Assembly (NCBI GenBank): GCA_028534125.1
Contig: CM052832.1
Span: forward strand, 23,686,001-23,750,000
Length of the DNA stretch: 64,000 nucleotides
Direction of reading: 5' to 3'
Source: Lama glama
Taxonomy: Eukaryota
Positions 53,001 to 62,050 of this stretch are shown here, piece after piece. A program made the position numbers and the translations under genes. The stretch's first letter is position 1. Each line of letters opens with the position of its first letter. A model generated the notes under the pieces. The model had not been told where the DNA came from, did no database searches, and saw nothing but the letters and a program-made list of their open reading frames with translations.

Positions 53001-54525
53001 AGGGCAGGGCACCTAAGTATATACCCCTGGATCATTCTTTGTACATGGATAGGGCTTACGGATCTTGAATGTCGTTGTATCTTTATTTACCTGGCCTGTT
53101 TGCCTGGGGAGACCTGGGTGGTAGTGTCTTTAGGTCTTTCCTTTTAGACTGTGAGATTCCACAGAGAAGGTCCCTCCAGCCTCCTGCCTGGAGGGCACGT
53201 GCACTCACGATGGACAGTCCTCTGGGAGCTGAGTCCGGGAGGGGGGCTGCAGGTCTCAGTATTCATCACATCCACCTCCTCATCCTCCTCCTCTCCTCAG
53301 TATGGCCCCCTTGCCCCAGTCCAGGGGCCTCTCTAGAGACGGAAGTTCTGCTCTTCTGCTGAGGTCGAGGGGGGCAGTTATCATCCTGTTTGGTGCTGGG
53401 GAGGCATTGACCTGGGTATCTGCTTCTTAAATGGGTTTTCTACCCCCCGCCCTTGTTTTTCCAGTCACCCCTTTCTTCTCACTTGAAGAAGAACCTGGAA
53501 CGTGCACTTCTGAGAATGTTCAGTGTCAGCGGCGTGGCTCCTGTTGCTCTCCCTTGCTGCTAGTTTTGTGTCTGGCTCCAGCCAACCTCCCAGCTTCTAA
53601 ATTTGGTGCTCTTGTCTCCTCTTTCCCTGTCTTTGTAAAAATCCCTTTATTGTTACCGTAACATAATTTTTGCAGAAGATAGAGTTGTGTTTGTTGACTT
53701 TGCTATCTTTAACCGGAAGTCCACTCTGCCCTTTCCCCTCGGTCATGGGTAAGCTGGGTCAGTTGTTGGAGGGTGTCAGGTATGTACTATGTGACAATGG
53801 AGAAAATACTTAATTTTAATTTTCTTTAAGTGACCCTAAGAGAGCTTAACCCTTTACCTGTTTTTGTATTTAAAGGTCTGAGTCATTACTAGGAAAGTGA
53901 GCGTTTTTACCTTAATGAAGTTCTTCTGCTTCTGTTATAGGTTCTGCTTTCCAATTTGGCAGCAGCACTACAAGTTTCAATTTCACAAACAATAATCCAT
54001 CAGGAGTATTCACATTTGGTGCGAATCCCAGCACACCTGCAGCCTCGGCCCAGCCCTCCGGCTCGGGGGGCTTTCCATTTAACCCATCTCCAGCGGTGTT
54101 TACTGTGGGGTAAGAAAACTCTGTTGAAATGGAGAATTTAACATGATGAGGGCATGTACGTGTATTTCAGCATGTGTGTTTTTAAAGTCACCAAGGTGCT
54201 GTGCAGTTCAGGTAAAATCAAGTATGTTCTCCATCAGTGTGCCATGTTACAATTTTGGAGGATCATAGCCTGGGAAAAACAGCAGGAGGGTGTGTGTGGG
54301 GGGTGGATGTTGAGGGTGTCACGCGGAACAGAAAGCACTGCTTGCTTGAACAGTGTTCCCCGTTACTGGTCACACTTAGTGTTATGATTGTGAAATTTTC
54401 TCAGCATCACGTCACATTATGAAGTTTTTATTTTTCACAGGTCAAATGGGAAAAATGTGTTCTCTTCTTCTGGAACTTCAGTTTCTGGTCGCAAGATAAA
54501 GACTGCTGTTAGACGCAAGAAATAA
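1844..54525 (+). CDS. NUP153: Nucleoporin 153, spliced CDS, exons 2-22 (5'-partial; exon 1 outside window)
   Basis: 21 exons with GT-AG boundaries and consistent phases sum to 4314 nt (1437 aa + TAA). Peptides match NUP153: [22 protein letters not shown], four W-x-C-x2-C-x3-N-x6-C-x2-C fingers, FxFG repeats, C-terminal [12 protein letters not shown]. Confidence 0.99.
2700..3720 (-). mobile_element. L1M (L1MB-like) 3' fragment
   Basis: Antisense L1 motifs ggacatttgggttgtttc and tttgcatctccctaatgactaa..gttgagcatctttt. Confidence 0.85.
4039..4063 (+). repeat. (TATCC)n short tandem repeat, about 5 units
   Basis: tatcctatcctatcctatcctatct. Confidence 0.85.
6010..8000 (-). mobile_element. L1M fragment (ORF2 C-terminus and 3' UTR)
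   Basis: Minus-strand ORF remnants [20 protein letters not shown] and [30 protein letters not shown]. Confidence 0.92.
9150..10330 (+). mobile_element. Old, degenerate L1 (L1ME-like) fragment
   Basis: Diverged sense ORF2 3' motifs (aaatgcaaataaaa, attagattggcagaaat, ccagtgttggag). Confidence 0.55.
10378..10790 (-). mobile_element. Cetartiodactyl-type L1 3' end
   Basis: tagttgatgtgcaaatattatataagtttcaggtgtacaacatagtgattc...; same family as 22480 and 48955. Confidence 0.85.
10881..11009 (-). mobile_element. tRNA-derived camelid SINE (Vic-1 type)
   Basis: Reverse-strand A/B boxes (gattgaacccaggacc) and ggtaattaggtttatt tail; flanking direct repeat TGTTTTATGA at 10868 and 11010. Confidence 0.85.
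11317..11565 (+). CDS. NUP153: NUP153 exon 3 (249 nt)
   Basis: ttttaag|AACCC ... AAAG|gtattc; [26 protein letters not shown]...SSRASDK. Confidence 0.97.
11693..11832 (+). CDS. NUP153: NUP153 exon 4 (140 nt)
   Basis: ttccag|ATATA ... CCT|gtgagt; [47 protein letters not shown]. Confidence 0.96.
11914..12042 (+). CDS. NUP153: NUP153 exon 5 (129 nt)
   Basis: gtgcag|TCA ... CAG|gttggt; [43 protein letters not shown]. Confidence 0.96.
12260..14290. mobile_element. L1M element, minus strand to about 13730 then inverted plus-strand ORF2 segment; younger L1 3' end nested at about 13035-13270
   Basis: Antisense 3' motifs followed by sense ORF2 remnant [20 protein letters not shown]. Confidence 0.85.
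15484..15660 (+). mobile_element. Camelid tRNA-derived SINE with duplicated tail
   Basis: B box gaggtcctgggttcaacccc; aacc(t/c)a(g/a)ttacctccc occurs twice. Confidence 0.85.
15897..16003 (-). mobile_element. Camelid SINE, internally deleted
   Basis: gaggtactgggg...actctaccactgagctata. Confidence 0.75.
16344..16460 (+). CDS. NUP153: NUP153 exon 6 (117 nt)
   Basis: ttatag|GCA ... GCG|gtaaat; [39 protein letters not shown]. Confidence 0.96.
16558..16602 (+). CDS. NUP153: NUP153 exon 7 (45 nt)
   Basis: taacag|GAT ... TCT|gtaagt; [15 protein letters not shown]. Confidence 0.95.
16710..16766 (+). CDS. NUP153: NUP153 exon 8 (57 nt)
   Basis: ttttcag|CCT ... AAG|gtaaga; [19 protein letters not shown]. 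Confidence 0.95.
18541..18556 (+). repeat. (AC)8 microsatellite
   Basis: Read directly. Confidence 0.9.
18732..18878 (+). CDS. NUP153: NUP153 exon 9 (147 nt)
   Basis: ctgtaag|GTG ... AGT|gtaagt; [49 protein letters not shown]. Confidence 0.96.
19370..19930 (-). mobile_element. L1M 3' fragment
   Basis: tttattgatatataattcacataccat... ggacatttgggttgttttc. Confidence 0.8.
20918..20973 (-). mobile_element. 56-nt young L1 3' end with perfect 16-nt target-site duplication
   Basis: CAAATTGTGGTTTTCT at 20902-20917 and 20974-20989, flanking poly-T plus attgagttagagtcattttacaatgttgtgtc. Confidence 0.85.
21234..21357 (-). mobile_element. Camelid tRNA-derived SINE
   Basis: gtaattaggtttattt...gaggtactgggaattgaac...ctctaccactgagc. 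Confidence 0.85.
21371..21505 (-). mobile_element. Young L1 3' end
   Basis: Poly-T plus aattgagttataggcagtttacagtgttgtc; TSD AGTTGCTTTTT at 21360 and 21506. Confidence 0.8.
21969..22018 (+). CDS. NUP153: NUP153 exon 10 (50 nt)
   Basis: ttctag|ACT ... AAG|gtactg; [16 protein letters not shown]. Confidence 0.93.
22283..22409 (+). CDS. NUP153: NUP153 exon 11 (127 nt)
   Basis: gcctag|TGG ... GTG|gtaagg; [43 protein letters not shown]. Confidence 0.95.
22480..22690 (-). mobile_element. Cetartiodactyl-type L1 3' end
   Basis: ttttttaaattgaagtgtagttgat...caggtgtacaatgtagtgattc. Confidence 0.85.
26330..28300 (-). mobile_element. Cluster of old L1M fragments
   Basis: Antisense motifs ttttaatttgcatttctctg and gaaatctactttatgtgatattaatatagcca. 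Confidence 0.7.
29416..29585 (+). mobile_element. Camelid tRNA-derived SINE just upstream of exon 12
   Basis: A box agctcaagtggtagag, B box ggtcctgggttcaatcc, aaacctaattacctcccc, (AATA)n tail; imperfect TSD aataacacggaag / aatgacatggaag. Confidence 0.9.
29635..29772 (+). CDS. NUP153: NUP153 exon 12 (138 nt)
   Basis: gttttag|GAA ... AAG|gtaaaa; [26 protein letters not shown]...SLTNK. Confidence 0.96.
30041..30093 (+). repeat. (GTTTTT)8 hexanucleotide microsatellite
   Basis: Eight perfect units at 30041-30088 plus a partial unit. Confidence 0.95.
30462..30560 (+). CDS. NUP153: NUP153 exon 13 (99 nt)
   Basis: aactag|GTA ... TCT|gtaagt; [33 protein letters not shown]. Confidence 0.95.
31590..31677 (+). 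CDS. NUP153: NUP153 exon 14 (88 nt)
   Basis: ctacag|ATT ... CAG|gtaagt; [29 protein letters not shown]. Confidence 0.95.
33275..34425 (-). mobile_element. L1MB-like 3' fragment
   Basis: caattcagtggcatttagtatattca, tttttgaggaac, gttttgatttgcatttccc. Confidence 0.85.
35446..35571 (+). CDS. NUP153: NUP153 exon 15 (126 nt)
   Basis: ttacag|CT ... CTG|gtaaga; [42 protein letters not shown]. The acceptor is weak (see findings). Confidence 0.9.
37016..37633 (+). CDS. NUP153: NUP153 exon 16 (618 nt), RanBP2-type zinc fingers 1-3
   Basis: tcgtag|GC ... CAG|gtacgt; [60 protein letters not shown]. Confidence 0.98.
38740..39460 (-). mobile_element. L2 LINE fragment (RT region)
   Basis: gggctggagataaagatttgggagtcatcagc; the minus-strand ORF 38870-39280 retains [12 protein letters not shown], the L2 RT motif. 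Confidence 0.8.
39780..40000 (+). mobile_element. L2 3' end
   Basis: ttattcatctttatgtcctcag...ggtgcttaataaatgtctgttaaatg. Confidence 0.65.
40513..40707 (+). CDS. NUP153: NUP153 exon 17 (195 nt), zinc finger 4
   Basis: tttttag|GA ... AAG|gtaagg; [20 protein letters not shown]. Confidence 0.97.
42330..43211 (+). CDS. NUP153: NUP153 exon 18 (882 nt), FxFG repeats
   Basis: ttgaag|GC ... CTG|gtaagt; repeated FKFG/FQFG/FSFG/FTFG within ORF 42308-43246. Confidence 0.97.
43600..45500 (+). mobile_element. Old, degenerate sense L1/HAL1-like fragments
   Basis: A-rich ORF1-like motifs (gaaaatttcctagatgtaaagg, cctaggattctgaaaccagcca) and ORF2-like motifs (aaaaatcaatagctttcct). Confidence 0.6.
44960..45058 (+). 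mobile_element. Young L1 3' end with 15-nt TSD
   Basis: atgctgtaccccagaaattgacacattgtaactgactatacttcaat; TSD AAGAAATTT(G/T)GGGTA at 44945 and 45059. Confidence 0.85.
45655..46008 (+). CDS. NUP153: NUP153 exon 19 (354 nt), FG repeats
   Basis: ttgcag|AT ... CAG|gtacat; [14 protein letters not shown]...[12 protein letters not shown]. Confidence 0.97.
46684..46956 (+). CDS. NUP153: NUP153 exon 20 (273 nt), FG repeats
   Basis: ctctag|GA ... CCA|gtaagt; [32 protein letters not shown]... Confidence 0.97.
47777..48085 (-). mobile_element. Two tandem camelid SINEs inside an older L1
   Basis: Two tRNA heads ending at about 47927 and 48085, each with the attaggtttatt tail motif. Confidence 0.9.
48950..51370 (-). 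mobile_element. L1, 2.4 kb, 5'-truncated, cetartiodactyl-type
   Basis: Minus-strand ORF2 remnants [54 protein letters not shown]. Confidence 0.95.
52130..52960 (-). mobile_element. L1MA/MB-like 3' fragment
   Basis: Minus-strand remnants [10 protein letters not shown] and [16 protein letters not shown]. Confidence 0.88.
53941..54109 (+). CDS. NUP153: NUP153 exon 21 (169 nt)
   Basis: ttatag|GT ... TGGG|gtaaga; [32 protein letters not shown]...FTVG. Confidence 0.97.
54441..54525 (+). CDS. NUP153: NUP153 exon 22, coding part (85 nt including TAA)
   Basis: tcacag|G TCA AAT...; [27 protein letters not shown]. Confidence 0.97.
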
Positions 54526-55575
54526 AGGTCATGGTGGTGGTATTCACACCGTTCTAACAACAGCTGGTGGCCTGCTTTCACATACTGACTTGTACTGTGT
54601 GCTGGGTTATCTGAACTCAGATCTGCCCAAGGACTTCTTTAATTGTGGAATTCTCCTCCTTTTTCTTTCTTTACAGAAGCCCCAACCTCACCTCTCCCAC
54701 CTCCTTTTTAAAAAATAATAGCTAGACTGGTGACTGATTCTCAGCAAAAATATTTTATGATCCAACAGATTATTCACTGATTTGGCCTTGGCTGGCTGAA
54801 CCCAGGATAGAGCCTGCGCGGAGAATGGCTTTGAATAGACTTCTTCGTCTGCACCACGTGTGCGTTGACATGCGTTTGTGGAACGCATCGAAATTGTAAT
54901 TATATCTGAGGAATTCTGTATAGATTAGAGGATATTGAAATGAATGATTTCTATGCTGAGTTTGTGCTGGTGTATGTGTGAAGTGAGTGAGTTGGGTGTA
55001 TTGTGCACTAAAATTTTCTGATAGAAGAAGCCTGATTAAAGAATGGTCCGTGGTAAGGACTTGTTAGATCTAGTTCGTTCTCCATTTAATAATTATATGC
55101 TATTTCTATATTGTCATTCTTCTGACTATCACCTGTCTTGCCTTTTTCATTATTTTATTATGAAACTTGTGTAAATACAGTTTTGTTTCTGTACTTTTTT
55201 GGCATAACATAAATCTGTGAACTTGAAATTTTAATTTTGTGTTAGAAAATTTTTTTGTTGTTTGTTTAGTCTTGTCTCAGATTTTATTATGTAAATCCCA
55301 TTATTCAAAGTTGCCTAAATCCATTTGGAAATCTTTAAAAAAAAATTGGGGATTCTTAAAGTGAATTTATTGGCTTTTCTGATCCAGTTTTGTTTGGACC
55401 AAAAACCAGTATTGTACAAAGTATTAAGCATATATTTTTATATTTACTGAAATGGACTGTGGTGACTTTGGATAATAAGGAAAAGTTTAATATTAAAGCC
55501 ATGTTTATTACAGTATAATTAACATGTTAAACCATGGGATAAATGCCATCAATAAAAGATTATGAAATACTTTTT
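54526..55575 (+). other. NUP153: NUP153 3' UTR (about 1.05 kb)
   Basis: U-rich, repeat-free sequence from the stop codon to AATAAA at 55551; the end is inferred. Confidence 0.75.
55551..55556 (+). terminator. NUP153 polyadenylation signal AATAAA
   Basis: Canonical hexamer followed about 15 nt later by U/GU-rich tttttgttctagtgtt. Confidence 0.75.
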
Positions 55576-56880
55576 GTTCTAGTGTTAACTCCTAGTGAAG
55601 GTACGAGTGTTAATGAAAGGAAACCTTTTTATAAAGGTTTACAGTGGTCAGAAGAGAAATTCCAAAGAATACATTGAAGTGATTGGGACAACTCCTAAGT
55701 GAAGGAGAAGTGTCAGAAGGTAGCCTGCTTTTTGTCTGGTGCTAGGAATCATGCCTACTTTGCATATAAAGTGACATACCTTTTTAAAAGTTGAAAATAA
55801 ACACACACAACCGTTTCTGTTTGTACTTGTATCTTCCTTGATAGGTGACTGGACAGTGTTTCTTGATCGAGTTCTTAGAGGCACATGCCCAAAGTAAACC
55901 CCCCAAAACTTCAGTGACCCTTTGTGGAATTTCTTTTGGATTATTTTACCAAATTTTTTTTTTGACTAGATTTCTCTCCTATGGTCCATAAAGGAGCTCT
56001 TGGGACAGCATTTGATAATCTTAGTCTTCAATTTGAATGTACAACTATTTTGTGGCGACTTTATTTTGCTACACTTCTGGTTGAATCTAAATTCAGAACT
56101 TTAAAATGTTTAGGGCTGTATTCAGGATTTAGGACTTCCGTTTTCATCTTGATTGCTGTAACTCTCGGGCTGCACGTGGCAGCTGTAGAATATATTCGTG
56201 GTAGCAGCTCCATCCTCAAACCTTCCCGACTTAGCCCAGCAGAGGTATCTCCTTACCAGACTGGCTCAGGCTGTAGACCCACTGCTGACCCACTCCCTGC
56301 AGCTGTAACGGCAGCCACAGCCAGGCTCGGGTTCCATGCTCCGTACGCAAGTGGAAGTCGAGCGCTGTTTGTGGAAGGGGAAACACGATGGCAAGAAAAC
56401 AATAAAAGCCCACTTTCTCAAGCTGGACCAGTGAGGAATTTAACTGAAAATAATCTCCGAAGGTAAGAAAACCGTATGCAGAAAGATTGAATAACCAGGT
56501 ATGTTTATACAGTTTGGTTGCTTCAGAAGGGGGTCACCCATGGTCGCCCGTTCTCAGTGCACATCAGCATGCTTGGTGGTGGGGGTGTGTCAGATGTACA
56601 TGCTAGGTCTTCCTCACCAGAGATTCATGACTCACTGGATCTAGATAGGGTCCAAAAATCATTAAATAAGCGCCTGGAAGACTTCGGATACACGCGGTCC
56701 AGGCACACCACTTTTTTAAGTCCTGGGTTGTTTTGATTAAGTTACAGTTTGGGGCATTAAGAAAGAAAAAGTACAATTCAGACAACGGAAATAAGTCTTT
56801 AAACTAGCTGTTAGTACTTGTTGCAAATTTCTTTCCTGAAGTTGTTAATGTAATTAGGATTTTATTACTTGAAATGTGTT

Positions 56881-57064
56881 TTTTTTCCTCCTACCCAGTT
56901 AGTTACGTGAAGATTTTTCTTGTAGCTCTTCTGTGTAAGATCTCTTCTGCCAGAGTTCGGTAGGTATTTGTGAGAATTCTTCCACACGTAGGTGGATTTT
57001 TGATATATTTGTGGGAGAGGGAGAGCTCCATGTGCGTCTGTTCCACCATCTTGAAGGCTTCCCC
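56881..57064 (-). mobile_element. Isolated L1 5'-terminal fragment (184 nt)
   Basis: Minus strand reads GGGG..CAAGATGG(T)GG...GAGCTC.CCCTCTCCCACAAATA.ATCAAAAAT, resembling laurasiatherian L1 5' ends, and ends in an A run. Confidence 0.7.
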
Positions 57065-57834
57065 TTGTTAAGTGTTGAACCAACTTTTAACAATTTGTAA
57101 CCAGGCTGTAAAGCTTCCTGGTGCAGCCCTTGAGGAAGGACTTGTGTTTAATTGTATTAGTATGTCATTTGCTGGCCTATTTAGTGGAAACTGACAAAGT
57201 TGGTACAGTAAAGTTGTGCTGGGGCTGGCTACACACACCAGCAGCACACCACGTCAGAGCCTTCCTCTCCCTGTAATGCGGGGCAGCCTGCCTCAAGTCC
57301 ACTGTGGTTCCAGAATGTGTAGTTGGCGGCTGAGCTTCTAACAAACACATCGTCTACAGGACTGAGACCAGGCCATAGTTTAACCACGTTTAAAGTTTAT
57401 CCTTTATTATCTTTATCCCTCTTAAGGAACCTGTTTTCTATCCTATCCTAGTTTGTAAAGGTTAGAATGGGGGTGCTTGTAAAATCAGACTAGGATTACA
57501 TTGCCCAGCTCAGTCTTTTACCTGCCATGAGACTGTGAATTCTGATTCCTCATGTGTAGTATAGGTCCCTTAATATCTTGCACAGTGGCTGGAAAGATTT
57601 AACAAGTTTAAGGGAAGGATAGGGTTAGTTGAACATTAAAAACATTACATTAAAAGCTTAGTCATCTACAGCTAACTTCTAAATGACTTGCTAAAAGAAT
57701 GTATCTCAAAGTGCATGAGTTTTTGATAGACCTCTATTTCTGACAGCACTCTTCTGAAGGCAGAGGATGCTAGAGCAAGCTGTATTGGAAGCAAGTGATT
57801 GTAGAGCAAACCTCAAAGAAACAGGCAGAACACA

Positions 57835-60800
57835 AGCATTGGAGACCAGGTATTTATTGAGACAATACAAATTGGTGGCATACAAATTACTAAAAATAGA
57901 ATGTTGAACTTTATTTATAGGCAGGCCATCAGATACTGTTTATGGCTCAAGCCCTACTGTAATGAACTGCAAGGAAATAAACAGTTTGAGATGAGGAATT
58001 TCACCCAGGCAAGTACATACTGCAAAGATTTTGGCCTTTGGTTATGGAGGGTGGGAAATTGCAAGTAACTGAAATACTTGTCAGATTTTAGGAATACTGC
58101 TATTTATTCAGGCATATTTTTTGAAAGAAACAGTACTGTTTTCATAGGGATGAGTGTAGAATGAAAATATTTAATACTCCCCATACTCCTTAAAATGTCC
58201 TTTTATTCAAGTAGCAAGTGGTTTAAATTAACTTTCACCTCCTTTGTACCTTCCTTTTACTGGAAGTATTTATGCGTAAGTGAAACACTCAAGTCACTTA
58301 AGGGAACAAATCCTTCTTTTAGAGCTAAAACAGTTTTTACTGTCATTTGAAACAACTCATTTTTATAAATTTAGACAAAGTAGCCCTCAAATATGTTTTT
58401 TTAATCCTAAGTATTTGGGTGAAACTGGAAGGTGAATGTTCTGGTGGGAAGAAGTAACTTCTGAACCAGTGCCATGACTGTCGGAAGTGTTGGCTCTCTC
58501 TGGTCACAGATAAGGTTAAAAGCATGGCCTGCTTGCCATGTCTCAAACTCACCTACCGAGGCCCAGGATGCACTCAGTGCGTCAGACTTTTCTCAACGTG
58601 CACAAGCCACTCAGGCTACTTTTAGTAATGCGTAGATTTTCTAGATGCCTAAATGAACTGCCTGTTCCGTGGTTTCATGTGTGGCCTATTCACTATATTC
58701 AAGCTGTGTTCTTAGCACGAGTCCTAATTTTTGTTCCCTTATTTTGTAAAAGTGATGAATAATATTTATACTATGAAGACAACTTTCTTTTTGCCTTTTG
58801 AGGCTATAAAGCATCAGTATGAGAATTCTGTGTTGACACAGAAAAGTCAGCATTTCTATAAATGAAATCGCAAAATACTGAAAAATAGGCTCCACTCTCC
58901 TCAAGCCCTTCTTCCCCCTACAATCTGGGAATCAAAAATCTCCCGAAGTGCAGAAACAGACCTGGATTTTGTTGTAAAGGCAAAGTATATAATACTTCTT
59001 ATTTGACAGGGCTCAACGGTCTAACCTGAATCCTGAACTTGAGCTAAATGCACCTATGTAGGTGCTAATATGAATCGCTGTGTATAGCAAATGTGCAATG
59101 TTTTAAAGTATAAAACAGACTGGACTACATTATTTGCTTTTGGTTTACTATACAAATAAAAATAACCTAGGTGCTGAACCATCCATATGACCTGAGAGAA
59201 AATTATACATTAAGGATGTATTCCAGAACTGCACGGCAAAAGGGTACATTTCAACTTAAGTTCCCAATGAGGGCAAAGGGGTATATACGCCGATGCTAAC
59301 GTGTATAACACTTCCTAATTTCTAGTCTAACTTTAAAAATGGGTTGTTTTGGTCTGTTTACCGTGAACGGCAGTATGACACTTTTTATCTTCCCAGAGGC
59401 TACAATGAATCATCTGTTTAACATTTTGACACATTTATCTAACAGGCTGTCTGTGATGTTGGATTTAATATAAAATTATTTTGAAAAACATGGCTTATGA
59501 AGTTTCATAATAAAAAAAGGTATTAAGGACGCTGTTAAGGTTTCTATAAACAAATATGAATATTTTCAGTTTTAAATGTCAAATAAAACCCACTTTAAAA
59601 ATTAATACAGTAATAGCAAATGTATTTGCTATTAGGACCAAAATAAAGCCTAGATTGATCCTGTAAGCAACCTAGTTATGAACTGTCCAATTATAGTTTA
59701 GTGGGTTTTTGTTTTTGTTTTGTTTTTTTTTTTTTAGAAAATACTATCAGAAGCAGAAGATGCTTAAGAAACAAGTTCTAGTCAGATCTATCTCAGCACT
59801 GCTAAACTGGGCCGGCAACAAAAGCACTCACACACACTACCAATTTGCAACAGAATAATAAATTAAAATAATAATAGACAAAGTACTACTTAACATTTCC
59901 TTCTCTAAACGTCATCCCTGGCAGGCCCCAAATGAGCCACTGGCCCAAAGAACCGAAGAACTTAGAATAATGTTTGGAAACGCTGCTCTTCCTTGTCACA
60001 GAGAATAGTCAGTCCATAGTGCGAAAACTGCTAGTATTTCACAAACTCCTAATATTTATTTAATCATGAAATACTAAGATTATTTAATCCTTTATGTTTC
60101 AGAGTTATGGAACAATGTAAGAAAAGGAAACTAACTAGTATGTGAATATCCTGTATATAAAGAGAAGTTATATTCAGAACACTGAGAAGCACTAATACTT
60201 TCTTCATGCTGCGTACATACTGGGAATAGTTTTACAGTAAATATGCAACAGTTTGATGGAAGTTAATTTCCCCCCACGTATTTATAGTTTGATGACTCAG
60301 GGCACTTGAAAACACTTGCACATGAATTTAAATTTACAGAGAAAATTTACTCACCACCCCACACCCCATTGAAAGTAATCACTAACTTAACCTTTTCTTT
60401 AAAAAAAAAATCAATAATTAATATAGCACAATATGACTTAATACTTTTTTCATCATCATGCAAACCTTGCCCCCCAAAATACTTAATAGTTGTGAAATTA
60501 CATCATTCCCGCAGTAAACTGCAGTACAGATTTTAAAATTTCAGGTTAGGGCACTGCTAAGCCGGCCTTACTTTTCCATTTCTCCTACCGCTAACTCAGC
60601 ACCTCCCGGGATGGGAGCTAAATGGATTATCCAATTTGTGTCCCCACTCCCTCCCCACCCAAGAGCAAAGACAAAAATTTCCCCAAGTGGTGGTAACTAA
60701 AAGATGAATGTGTTTACAAAACACAACTGGACATTTTTCCATCATTCTGGGATAAACCAAAATAAATTTTAAAAGTCTCATTTGGGAATTTCAAAGCTGA

Positions 60801-61112
60801 AAATGCTTTCAGCAAATTCTAACGCCTCAGATGTTAAAAAAGCACATACTGTCGTTGATTATGACACCACTTGCCTTCTTTTGGATCTAAAAATTTTAAC
60901 ACTTGTATTTAACAGGTTTTTCTTCTGGGAAAGTTCTTTGGCATTCCAGTAAAAGCAATACTTTCAGCATAGTCACCTGCATCACACTGGAGTGACTGCT
61001 TTAATTTCTAAATCATCAATTAATGTAACCCAGGGAGACTGATGGCCTTGATACATTGTAATTTAGTCTTGCATTACTCCAGAGAGCTTGGAATTCAGGG
61101 CTTTTTTGGGCA
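57835..61112 (-). other. FAM8A1: FAM8A1 3' UTR (about 3.3 kb, end inferred)
   Basis: Repeat-poor and U-rich on the minus strand, ending near AATAAA signals at 57915-57910 and 57858-57853. Confidence 0.6.
57853..57858 (-). terminator. Probable FAM8A1 polyadenylation signal AATAAA
   Basis: tttatt on + strand; U/GU-rich sequence follows on the minus strand (tgtgttctgcctgtttcttt). Confidence 0.6.
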
Positions 61113-61257
61113 TCATCTAACCCCATTTCTTTTTACTACAATGGTTCCTGCTACAATGTCATAGGCTGTTCGATTATGCTGAAAAAACAGCAGTGTGATG
61201 AAAGCAGGGAAAAAAGAAGCAATAGAAAAATTCTTGATCAAAGCTCGTATAGTGGAC
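61113..61257 (-). CDS. FAM8A1: FAM8A1 last exon, coding part (145 nt including TGA)
   Basis: Minus strand tttttag|G TCC...; STIRALIKNFSIASFFPAFITLLFFQHNRTAYDIVAGTIVVKRNGVR*. Confidence 0.96.
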
Positions 61258-61839
61258 CTAAAAAATTAAAGCAAAAAAAAAAATCAGATGATTGATGTAT
61301 ACCAATGACATGTTAATTAGTAGTATTTTATCAAGTTTAAAATATATTTAAAACATAGTCAAAGCACAATTAAGAGAATTTTTACCTTTGATATCTGAAC
61401 TACTTTCAAGTAGCATTATGCTTATGATCAAACTACCTGGGGTAGTTGTAAAGCCTTCGTAACATAAAAGTTAGACTTTAGAACTTTCACATGAAAGACC
61501 ACAGTAAGTACATCTTAGAATGTGAAATAAAGTTTATAGTATTTTGCTAGAAGAGAGTAGCCGTTCCCCTTTACTTACCTTTCCTATCGTCACTCATTAC
61601 TTTTAGTATCTCTACTTTTCGTGTGTTTTCACTGTCTTCTAAACTGAGTGTGCTTATTGCAGCCCCATTTTCTACCTTCTATGAAGAGCATCAGCATTTC
61701 AGATTTCTGTATTCTTTTATCAGCTCTCTTCTTTTTGGGGTCCTGTGATTAAGGAATGCTTTAAAAAGCTTTCAATGATAGCTCAATGGAAAGTTACCCA
61801 ACTAGTGTTGTGTTTCTGCCTTTCAGTGCAGTGAACAGC

Positions 61840-62050
61840 TGCAGAAAAGCACAGTGGGCTCTGAATCCAGACTAGATGGTTTCAGATTCATTTCTACCAA
61901 CTACTAGTTGTGTCCCACATCTGTAATAAAAAGGGTAATAGTGTCCAGAGAACCTATCTTACAAGGTTGTTAGGACTGAATTAGTTAATACATACGCAGT
62001 GTTTTTAACAGTGCCTGGTATATGAGGTGCTCAATAAACATTAGCCATAA
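61840..62050 (+). mobile_element. MIR SINE
   Basis: gggctctgaatccagact...catctgtaa...aaggttgttaggactgaa...acagtgcctgg...gtgctcaataaa. Confidence 0.8.

Noticed and set aside
55981..56466. 161-aa intergenic ORF (similarly 28797-29267, 156 aa)
   Set aside because: No recognisable homology, domain or splice context; plausible by chance in locally GC-richer DNA.
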